DNA of 63,123 nt, counting the filler, from Choristocarpus tenellus KU-1152 (lineage: Eukaryota; Protista; Phaeophyceae): NCBI GenBank assembly GCA_964200185.2. It is 11 parts of 11 records of this genome, joined end to end, with 100 filler letters (N's around TTAATTAATTAA, not from the genome) between each part and the next. Parts side by side here need not be neighbours in the genome. Positions count along the whole stretch, not along the records: positions 17,863 to 34,674 come from CAXNAD020000769.1; positions 34,775 to 40,243 come from CAXNAD020010682.1; 9 more parts are not named here. The stretch is one strand, 5' to 3'. Each line of letters starts with the position of its first letter. Positions within the stretch are counted from its first letter, which is position 1. Positions 25,761-36,763 of the stretch are shown here, one piece after another. Below the pieces are notes generated by a model that made no database searches, was not told where the DNA came from, and saw nothing but the letters and a program-made list of their open reading frames with translations. A program made the translations under genes and the position numbers.

Positions 25761-26270
25761 TCTCCAAAATTTCAGAGGGCAAAGTGATATATATTAGTAT
25801 GCTTTGGTTTTCCCCTGGCACGGCTTCAAAATTTCAGAGGGCAAAATCTTTATGTTAATATGCTTTGGTCTTCTCCTACAAATATGAAAATGTGATGGCC
25901 ACCTTCTTACCAAGGAATACCATTTAAGTGTCTAATACTATATATTGTAGTTGATGTCATAGTTATAATAATAATTAGTCTCAAATCAAAAGAATTTTTT
26001 TTGCATGATACTACATTTTCCCAAATCTGTATCGTATCGAGAACGTCGATTAAAAATATATATATTTGACATCACAACTTCTCGTTTAGAGTGCCTTTTT
26101 GAGTTGCTTAACGCATTCTTATCATTATGCCCTCTGACATTTTCCATATGTGTAGGGGAAAAATGAAAACTATTCAGATGTCAGAAAAAAAGTTTAATTA
26201 TCATATTGTTTACATTACAATAAATCTATCAGGAGATTATGTCATTTTGCCCTCTGTTATTCTACAACAT
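25750..26270. repeat. Dispersed AT-rich repeat with inverted CCCTGACACATCT.CAAAAT.TCAGAGGGCA motifs (putative MITE family C)
   Basis: Motif is direct at ~25751 and ~25813, inverted at ~26125 and ~26245. It also occurs at ~25159 and ~52117. Confidence 0.55.
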
Positions 26271-26449
26271 TTGTATCAGCAAAAAACATAAACTATGTCG
26301 CAAGGACAAGTGTAAATATAACAGATATGGTCAATGCTAAGACACCTTCCTACAACATATTCACCGTTTGGAAACTAACAATACAACAAATGTCCCCTTA
26401 AACTCGTTCACTTCAGCAAAAGGTGTCCACTACTGTGCTTCTAGCCTAG

Positions 26450-26700
26450 CCTACCCCTACGTGGACAAGAACCTAGGGAATCATCCCAAGATCTGTGAGA
26501 CCCCTTCTTGCCCACCTACCTGGTGTCTCTAGCTTGAAATGGATGATGCGCCTTAAGAGAGCCACTTGTACAGTAACAAACACTACCTGTCTCAGACAGG
26601 ATTTAGCAGCCCCTTTCCTACAACAATATACTCCAGTCCCGCCTACTACGTAGGTAGCCGACTTACATAAGAGACTCTGTGCTTGCTTTCCAAGGCACCC
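26450..26700 (-). mobile_element. Third fragment of the RLE-type retroelement tail
   Basis: CCCAAGATCTG..CCTTCTTGCCCACCTACCTGGTGTCTCTAGCTTGAAA..TGCTTGCTTTCCAAGGCAC, shared with 25215-25415. Confidence 0.65.
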
Positions 26701-27849
26701 AAATATTCAACATTCACATAAACCAAAATAAAGCCCTATTTCTCAAACTCATTATGAGTGATCACCGCTTAGAACAAGTGGTTAGGGTAACCAAGATGAT
26801 GCATCAAGGGCATGGAAATAGGTAAATCCTCGACTCTTCACTGAAGGAACTTCTGTAGAAGGAATGGGGATGTGGGATGGGGACTGTTGGGTTCCTCATG
26901 AAAAATGGGACAGAACGTTTCAATCCCCACAATTCATCTGCTACAGCCACCATGGGGAGAGAAAAATTAATTGTATACACAAGTTGTGCAGGGATACCTC
27001 ATTAGTTGATATTTCCATAATAAGGGGGAGAGGGCGCTATTGTGTAAGATTGGTGGTGTATACTTGAATTCTTCCATTTTCTTCTTTGTGTTGTGGGTAT
27101 AGTCACCCACCAGCATGTTGTAGAGTTTTCAACCTAGAGGTACCGGGTTTGTGGGCAGGGTGGGGTTTGCCAGACTTCTGGGACTCTTCTTCTTGTTTCT
27201 AGATCACCCCCAAGGTGCCAATCTAGGAGTGATTTGAACCATGTCTGTCAGTAGGTTTCTTGTTTTCTTTTGAGACAAATAGATTTCCACCGTGGATGGA
27301 GTTGCTTCTTGTGCTCAAAAATACAACTACAGTTGGCGTATTAGAAGGCCTTCACAATCAAGCAATACAGAGTCCGTCCTTGTGTGCTGTTTCTTCTTCC
27401 TTCCATGACAACATAATATGCAAAATGGCAGTGGGTATGAAATAGTGTGAAATACCAAGTACCTTTCTTGGGTTAAATGACTGATGGAGCGATATCAGGT
27501 TATTTTTGTCCAAAGAGGCCAGAGGCAGAAAACAATTTTACAGGGTTTCAGAATGTTTTTCTAAGTTTAGAATCACGTTACAAATGGTGTGAAGATTAAG
27601 ATGAGGGAGAAAAAGGAACTCAAGGACGAAAAATAAATACAACAAAAAGAAGGGTAAAAAAATCGGTCTAACATAGCAAGAAATAAGGATTCAATCACCC
27701 GTACCCAAACAATAATATAAAAACAAAAAATCAAGCCACAAACACCAGCAAATATAGCAGGGGGTTATCAACCATTAATCTGGTGCCAATTCTAACAACT
27801 ATCCATCCGTTTAGTCTGGATAAATGCAAAAATAATGAATGCTTGAGAA

Positions 27850-30800
27850 GACTGAATCAATAATAACCTATAATCCATTTTTTTACACTTCAGGTTGATA
27901 CAGTTATAAATGCACGATCAATAATCATCTGAATTCTCCCCCCAGCACATGACCTTAGTGTGCTGTTGTATCCATACATACATGGCAAAATAAGCAATAT
28001 TCCTGTCAAGGTAGGCACATTGACTGCACTCAATGAGCACGGAAGCAATACTCACCAAGAACTAGTCCTTCCCTGCAGTGTATGTACCAACATATCTTCA
28101 TGTCTGGAGAGGCTTACATGAGCTCTAGATGATGCCATTGAGCACAACAGAATGCATGCTACACCTCAACATAAATGTTCCATATTGCTGTCCAGTTGTA
28201 ATTGTATAAAACGTAAGACATCTGCACTGGACATACTCCAATGAGTGAAACACTTTGGAGGTTGACTGCAATGTATTACTATGGTAGGTTGTTGGCTCAC
28301 CTCCTCCCTCTTTGATATCAGGCTTATCTCAAAATGCGTGCTACAACTTGACATCAATGCTCCACATTGCTGTCTAAGTATCCTCACATCAAAAATTATC
28401 ATCTGTACTGCACAAAACACACTCTGCAAGTGCTTATGATGTATTCTTACGGAGAGATGTTGACTCATTGAGCTGTGTCTTCATTGTTGGAAATACTTGA
28501 CAAAGTAATTTCTGTGGGTTATGTGCTGTCAAGCCCATTACACAATGGAGTGCATGTTGATATTTAGAGAACACACATGTGGTTAACTCGCTGGGCGGAT
28601 ATTTTTACATAATGTACTCTTGAGTACTACTTCAAAGAGCTCTTCCACACAAGATTACACAGCACTATCTTCGTGAAAAGTATTTTGGTTACAGTGCTCG
28701 TTCTTGAGCATTCAAGAGACAGTACACACTCACCTGCCCATGAACACCTTTGCGTAATAAGTATTAAATATCAATGCTCATTTGCCACATGCGTATTAAC
28801 GCACGAAATTTGTCTTTAGCTTAGCCACACAGCCCCAACCATAAACAAATAAAATGGGTCAACTACGGAATGTAGTATCGCGGTTCTCATTCAATCTGGA
28901 GGAGAGTTGAGGTTGCAGAAATTCAGGTGAAGGACCCCTTCCTCTCCAGGCAGTAACGTAAAAAAAATACATGCCTTTGTTTTGCCAAGCACAGCTCACA
29001 GGAAGATTGAGCTAGAACAATAGGGGGTGGGGGGGGGTAGGGTCACACAAAAGTGACTAGGATGACTATGATAAATCAGCCACACCCACCTCGACTTCAC
29101 CAAAAACAACTTCACATGACAACTCAAAATTTTACGTAAGAATAGCAGCTGCCAGCTGCAGTCAGGCCACTTGATGAAACTACTGAAGCGCCTCTACAAC
29201 CGCATATCATGAACATTTGGTACATACACAACGCTGTACGTGCAAGGGCATAGATACAGCAAACACAAACACATCTTATCTTGGGGTGATGTAATGAAGT
29301 TCTCTTCCCATTAGCACATCCCAACTGCCACATCCCAACTCTGGCCCTTTCACCATAACCCACGGAGCACTCCAGGTACGTATACCACCTTGTACCTTGA
29401 ACATACCGTAGGACAACCCTGCCCACCTCTTTCCCCTTACCCTTGAGGCATCTCAGAGCCTTTTGCTAGTCTTATCATGAGCCCATACTGAATGACGGGA
29501 GTATGCCGAGCGTCTGTCTCTACGAGGCAGACAGCCATTGCTGGGGAGCCAAGGTGTCAAAGTTCACAGGAGAACCGCACAGCAAAAAAAAAAGGTTAGA
29601 AGGGACAGTGAGGGCAGAGGGATACTTTTTCTGTCACCAGCTCCCAACATTATGCAAAAAGTGAGTTGTGTTGCTTGATTCCTCAGCAAAGAGTAAGTGG
29701 ATTGTGTCAAAACTGTTCTCAACGTACGAAAAACAATCACTCGCTTCTGCTTTCATCCAAGTTGATGTGAGGTATTCAAAGGTCACACCGGTGATGGTAG
29801 GTGGTAGTAGCCTGGATCAGCGCATGTAGATGCTGACCATGCTGAAAAACATCTCGAAAAAGGGGTAGGGTTGTGAAAAAGAGAGATTGACATGCTCATG
29901 ATCCAGTCATTCAACAGTCAAGTTGGTGGTCTGAAGACGAGACACTACAGTCGTGGGGACATTCACCAAAAAGAGCACAGCCTCGTAAGAGGGACACAAC
30001 ATGGAGGAAGAGGCAGTGAGCAACATCACAAGAAACACAATTTGGCACAGGCGATCCCCAACCAGGTAAAGCAGTCTTCCATTGTCCCTTGAGCTCAACT
30101 GTTGTCATCAACAGCACGGTAGGAGGCGTTTGTAACCAAACCAGACTTGTCACGGAAATTTAGCGTGAGCATTGCTGAGGAGGGGTTGAAGTCACCTCGG
30201 CAAACGCGACCTGTGCCGATCCAGCAAGAAAGACAGCAGCAGTGTGTGTGTGTGTGACTTGGAGAATAAAAAAGTGTAACGAAAAAATGTTATGAATGTA
30301 TCTCAAAAGTGAGTTGGGCAGTTGTAGGGGTGGAGGACCTCTGTGGAGTGTCTGCTGGGGGGGAAGGTGTCAAATCAACTGAAGTAGTGTGGCATTTTCC
30401 AGAGTGATACCGATATGAATACGATATGAACAATAATAGGAAGGTTGAGTAGATTAGGGAACGCTGCAAGGGGAGGCACATCCTATTTGCTCAACTTGAC
30501 AAATGGGTTATGCCACTGTGACAAGTATTGCTGTTCTTGGGATGATTCTACTGTTACACTTAAAAGTACAGCCACCTTTGTATATCCATTCTATTGGGGT
30601 GTCTTCCCCCTCTCGTGCTGGGAAGAATTGCATGCTGTACCCCACCTTCAGGTCCTGTGGATCCATCCCGAAAAACCAATCCAGAAACCTTGGGGGTATA
30701 GTGGTGGGTGTGTGATTGGGTGCCGGTTACTTGTCCAAGGTATATCTACTTAAGGATGCACATTTCCGATAGTGTGTGAAAACAAGTTTGTGTGTGCTGG

Positions 30801-31950
30801 CATGTTCACAGATGCACACATATCCAAATGCCTTCCTGCCTGCATGTGTATAGTCTGATCACATAGATGTGCCCATAAAAATACCCTGCAATATCATCTC
30901 CTCTTTCATCAATAAGCAAGACATGTTTCCGTCTTCTGCATTTTTTTGTCTCTCAATATCACATTTGATGTGTCCTCTAGAAATATTTTGGTCAGGAATG
31001 TGCAGGTCAATGAACCCAATGCTGAGATTTTTTTCTACATTTGGTTGCTCTCATGAACTTCAAGTTTGGTAAAATATCGGTACAAATAATTGTGATAGTC
31101 TCTTCCACATCGGTGTGAGGCAAAATCTGAGGAGAGGGGGAAACGTGTGACATGGTCTATGTGTGCTTCCTGATACTGCAACTTATTAGGGCCAATTGAA
31201 AATCACATAACTGGGGCAAAGTCAGAGATGAGGTCTATGTCAAGTAAGGTGATGAGTGAACAAATGGGAAAAACATGTTGTTTGCAGTGTGTACAGTTCT
31301 TTCCCCTCCGAATCTCATGCTTTAAATGAATTCTTCAAGCCTTATCATCTATCAATGGTGTAAGTTTAGGACTGCACCAGTACCTGAGGTCTTCCAATGA
31401 GCTAGGCCTAAGTTGCTGCAAACAACATTAGCATATTTGGAGAACGCCACAACAATTCATTATCTAGCGAGAACATCATTGCTGAATGAGTAATATTGCG
31501 CTTCAAACAATACTTGAGTTTGATCGTATGATGCTACCAATCCACATGTCCTACAATGCTTAGCAGATGTCAATGAAACACAGATATTACTCGGCCTTAT
31601 TCACTACCAATTCATATTGCAGCACTTCAAAAATTGCAAGGAGATCAGCTCCTCTGGTTTGGCATGTGCAGAATATATTTGAGCAAGAGCAGGCAGTTCC
31701 TTGATTTAACAGAGGGAAGTAAGCACCACTGTGTATGCTTGTTCATTTCACCCACAACAATTGTTGAAATTTATCGCTGCTTGCTAGGATCTATTACCTG
31801 GGACTTGTCACACTGTTATATAATTGCACTCAAGAAGCTAGCTCAAGTCTTGCTCAACTTGGTCATGGCTTCATCCAGTACTTGTATGCTCAGACAAAGA
31901 ATCTGCCCAAAGCATGACTTCCAGAATTCATGGATATGCAAATTTGGTGG
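27850..31950 (-). pseudogene. Highly decayed APE-RT LINE ORF2 remnant
   Basis: Scattered minus-strand motif remnants in the expected order: HIDHV (~31160, APE-like), TGPEG (~30650, GPDG-like), FDTL (~29555), YTYLE (~29380), LEYVQCR (~28230). Many stops. Confidence 0.4.
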
Positions 31951-32250
31951 ATTGATTCATGAAGGTCTAGTCTAATCAATGTCCAGAGATTATCATATTA
32001 TCAATCATGGAGGGAAAATAGACTCAGGCGGTAGAAATCACAGGGATAACACAAGAAAGGCCATATCTTGTGGACCTGTCGAATGTGTAATAATTGGTTA
32101 AGCATACAAAGAAGGCATGGAAGTGTTTATGACCCTTCCTTCACCTGGTTCCTGTCTCTGCCGCTGCCCCCTTGGTCTCCTGAATCTCAACAACTGAAGA
32201 ACTGCATATCAGGGGGAACAACCATGGCCATGGGAATGGTTTGAGTGTCT

Positions 32251-32443
32251 TGATGTAATTTGGCCTTCGTGTTTGTTAGGAAGTGTCAATATCTTTGTTT
32301 CGGACACATCTTTTCATAACGTATACATTTTACCTACTCCGAAACATCTTGGAGTAGGAAAATGTCATTAAAAAAAACATGGGAAGCCAAGCCCTGAATG
32401 GACAAACAGGGCAAAACTCGTACCCTCTGAATTACTTTCACTC
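32251..32443 (+). mobile_element. MITE family A, 5'-truncated
   Basis: Interior matches 5135-5325; ends TACCCTCTGAATTACTTTCACTC. Confidence 0.88.
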
Positions 32444-34674
32444 ACTTACATTGTTCAGCACGCAGTAGGTATTGCTATATTCTGCAAAGTCCAGAAGCAC
32501 GCTGTTCCGAAATAAAGTAGACAAAAGCATCCAACTCACAACTCAAATTCGTAAATATTTTAGCCTGACCTAATACCAGAGGACAGGTTAACCGATATTG
32601 CTTGGTCTCACCAGGTTTCAGCGGATTTTCAGCATCAGAATATAAGTGAATGACCATCAAATGGGGTGTCAAGACATGCAGCAGAAGCACTTATCCGGGG
32701 ACGCTCAGGAAAATTGGTGCCATAACATTCATATTTAAGTTAGAGAACACTTCTCCAGTCTGTGTCCATTAGCACCGTGCAGTGGAAAGGAGGGGTCGCT
32801 TACTTCATTTTGCGCAATGTACACAACCGATTTGGCACAACATTGTGGAACCCTGCAAGGAGATAGACATTAATTGGGTGCCGTAGCAATGGCTTCAGAC
32901 CAAAAGCACTGATATCAACCGGAAAGGTGCAGGGTTAAGACTCACCTACTTCGCAGGTGGTTGAAGTCAAGCCCGAATTCCCGCCACTCTAGATTCCTCT
33001 TCCACACGCCCAGAAGGTACTTACACATGTCACCATGGGGTACACCGTACCGCAGCTGGTAGAGGGTGGATGGTTGGAGTGTCAAATGAATACATGACCT
33101 ACTGACTTGACGGTAGAAGTTGCACTGTTACATCGCACAGAACGTTTCAATCGCCTAACGAACCCACATGAGTGGCTAGCGACTGATTCTGATCAACACT
33201 TGGGCTGTCCTAGAGAACCGACTAACTTCATCCGATATCCAACCTAACAGGAGAACATGGTAACTGCTTTCAAGCGTAGAAGGCGAGGATGATAGGCAGT
33301 ATCATCTTCCCCTTAAAAGGGCTGCATGGACCCGTATTCTACGCATTCCTTACAAGAAAGAAAAGAGGCAAGGGTCGCAACAGCATTGTTAGATTCTATT
33401 TTCGCGTTGGAAGAGAGGGAAAGCAGGGAAGAAGCATCTGCTAATAAGTGCACTCACCGAAGCAGACATATCTACTCGATGATGTCTACAGTTCACACCC
33501 AATTGTAGTACAACTTGTGAGAATGGAGTCATGTTTTTTTTTTGTGCCCTTTCACATTCTACATATCACAAAAACCAAAATCCAAACAAGAAACTTTCCT
33601 CACTATTTATATATATTTCTAAGTGATACACCTTTTCGTTTTCCTGTAACGCCTACAAAAAAATTTGACATTACAGAAATATGTAACACACCTTGCAAAA
33701 CAGGTGGAAACGGGTGTAAGTGCAGAGGTTGTTCAGACTGAACAAGATCGTAATACTACAGAAGAAATGGAAAGGAGAAAGACATGGAAAAGAGTAAGGA
33801 AGTCTAAGAATCGCTTACGAAAGCAGAGACAAGGGAGGTGAATGAATGGGACTTCGAAGCTCCACTCAACATCCTGATACTGGTTTCATTAGGAACATAA
33901 TGTACCAGGAAGGAATGTTGACATCGTAAGGTGGTATCAGTAGCTTCTTCGCCCTCTGTGGCAGTTCTACTTTTTTCCACCGGAACGCCGCAACAGATAT
34001 ACAACAATATATATATCAAATGAAAGCTTATGACAATACCTTTTGAAGGTTTGTATGCAGGAATGTACAAACTTCGGTGAACAGGAACTATCCCGACAAA
34101 ATAATGGAAAAAAACGCGGGGGAATATCTCCGGCACAATTTTGAAGGTCACGAATTAAAAACTTCCAAAAATGAAGTGGTTGGCTGAACTCCTTGCCAAA
34201 AACTGGTCCAGGATATGTCCCTGCCCAAGTTTGGCTGGTGCGGCCCTCGCCGAAAAAGAGCAGAAAAAAAAACAAGATTTTCTCTTTTTAACGTCTTTTG
34301 TAGACTTTTGTGAGCACACACACACGTGACTTACACAACAACATGAACCACAACAGTGAGACAAGGAGAGTCACCGAGGCCACTCTGCCCTCTGGATCTA
34401 CCCTCGGCACCTTCTCTGTCAAGAGGGACCGGAAAAACAAGCATCCGTGTGAAACTCAGTGCGATATTAGGTGACAAGGAAGTGCGAGTAGTGTGGCGCA
34501 GCAGCATGATGATCAAATCGCGAAATGGACCACGTGGCCGTGACACTGACGCTGAGAGAAGATGCATTGAAAGCATTACCACACAAACATGGTTGGACCT
34601 TCAACCACATCGGAGCACTGCTCTGCAGTCTCTGCCACCTCGGGAAAGCAGGAAGAGAACAGTGAGTCCATCAC

Positions 34675-34774
34675 NNNNNNNNNNNNNNNNNNNNNNNNNN
34701 NNNNNNNNNNNNNNNNNNTTAATTAATTAANNNNNNNNNNNNNNNNNNNNNNNNNNNNNNNNNNNNNNNNNNNN
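34675..34774. other. Artificial contig linker
   Basis: N44-TTAATTAATTAA-N44. Confidence 0.98.
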
Positions 34775-34836
34775 CCCCCCCCTTCCGCTCCCCAAATGGA
34801 CAGCCCCCCCCCCCCCCCCCCCAGATACTTGGAGCC
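34775..34836 (-). mobile_element. MITE family B terminus, truncated by contig start
   Basis: CCCCAAATGGACAGCCCCC..CCCAGATACTTGGAGCC. Confidence 0.85.
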
Positions 34837-35754
34837 AGAAGACAACGTGAAATTTCGGATGACTGGAGTTACTTGGAAATGAGAACATAATTCCCGATGT
34901 ATTATGAGCTTGAACATAGAATACCTTGCATGTGGCATGGGGATGAAAGAGTCCAGTCATCCGGAAGACTTTATTGGGAGATATCCTAGAGTATCCCCTG
35001 CCATCCTGGATGCCAAATACCTCCTCAACACTCATGCTTCTCTTCATGGAGGTGCCAAAATATGGCAGATTATGCCAAGATTCCCTGATTCCGGTATTGT
35101 CCTCCACTTCCATGGCGTCTGTTTTCTCCGATACCCCCCCCAAGCCGTTTTCTGCATTGGAATATTCCCCATTGTCCTTCTCAGTGGCTGTGCCATCATG
35201 GGACCCATGAAATGGGAGAACTTGTGCCCTTGGATTGCCACCTACCATTTCACTCGGCGTAGCAATGGGCAAACTAATCTCCAAACAGTCCTGCAAGACT
35301 TCCAACTGGTATCCAAGAGTGCCTGTGCGGTTGATTACTTCTACCCCTTCCTCTTCCGTCCCCCTATCCAATCCCGTGTGGGTCATCACCCTCCCAATTC
35401 TTTTGTCCTCTTCACTACTATCAGCTCCTTTTTCGTTGACCATATCACCTAGTTTACATCCCTCTTCCTCCCTCCCTTTCTCCATCCCTGTGCCAACCCA
35501 CGCAAAGGAGTCTTTGCCAATGTCGTCAGCAGGGTTGTCACTGCCCTTGGAATGGCAAGACACACTGCACTGGTGGTTTTCATGGGTATCCACCTCCTCT
35601 TGGGGAGACTGGACATCACGTTCAATATCCTTGACGGTATGCTGTTCTATCTGCTCCCGAAATGCCTGCTCATGTATATGTTGGAGAAGAGCAGCAGGGA
35701 CACCCATTGAAGGAGACGTAGTAAAACTGAATGGTCATAGACTGGAGAGATGAT

Positions 35755-35997
35755 GAGTCAAAGTATCTAAGAGAGTATAGCTGCGTCCGCTTGGGGGCCA
35801 AAATTCAATATTGCGAACTTGATGTCATTTTGGCTATTGCGTTTGTTAGAAGTGTCCATATCCTTGTTCCGGACACACCTTTTCATAAAGTATACATTTT
35901 ACCTACTCCAAAATAAAATATCATAAAAATCTGTGGGAAGCCAAGCCCCAAACGGACAAACAGGGCAAAACTCGTACACTCTAAGATACTTTCACTC
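35755..35997 (+). mobile_element. MITE family A, complete, small internal deletion
   Basis: GAT|GAGTCAAAGTATCTAAGAGAGTA...TACACTCTAAGATACTTTCACTC|GAT. Confidence 0.92.
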
Positions 35998-36158
35998 GAT
36001 GACAGGCTAAAAAGCAAAGGAAGGTCTATACCTGCAGATCAATGTTTGCATCCTGTGGAGGCCATAGAACCTGCACACTATACACAACAATCTAGAGTAC
36101 GCTGTGGCTTGGCAAGAGTAACTCTCCTGGCTTCTGAGATAGGCAATCATCAAGAATC

Positions 36159-36535
36159 TCTTTAGGCATGAATGGTGCAGGAATCTTGAGTTTATTCATT
36201 GACAAAATACTCAGTGCCAATCCCACTGAACTTTGTCATTTGTGCACTAGGCACGTTAGGGTAACAAATGTACACTCGAAGGTCAGGCGTGACATAAGAA
36301 GATCAGAACTAGAAATCCTACGGGAACAACTTGAGGTCTAACCCTTACAGGATAGGAGGTTGTTTTATATCTCTTTAGTCATGAACAGTTTAGGAGTATC
36401 GAGTTTAATCATTGACAAATTAGCCAAGGTCGATCCCGAACTGAACTTTGTAGCTGCTGCAGTAGGCACTCAAGAGTAACAAATTATGCTCAAAGATCAG
36501 GCACGACATGAGAAGACTCGAACTGGGGACCCTTC
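36159..36535 (+). repeat. Diverged direct duplication, period ~212 bp
   Basis: CTCTTTAG.CATGAA..GAGTTTA.TCATTGACAAA..ACTGAACTTTGT..TAGGCAC..GTAACAAAT..TCAGGC..GACAT.AGAAGA at 36159 and 36371. Confidence 0.75.
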
Positions 36536-36763
36536 CTTTGTATGCCAGGTCAGAGATGTGTACCCAGTACTTTGTACCGTTTTGGACCATCCCTCCAGAA
36601 GAGACAAGTGTACACTCTTATCAGGCCAAATGCAAACTGACTCTCATTGTACCCTTTGACTTCTGGACTGTCCGCGTGAATCCTTGCTACTTGCAACAGT
36701 TAAAGCACAGGTAGCGATACATATGTTAATCACCTGTACCTCACTTCTGCTCAACAGTGTTTT

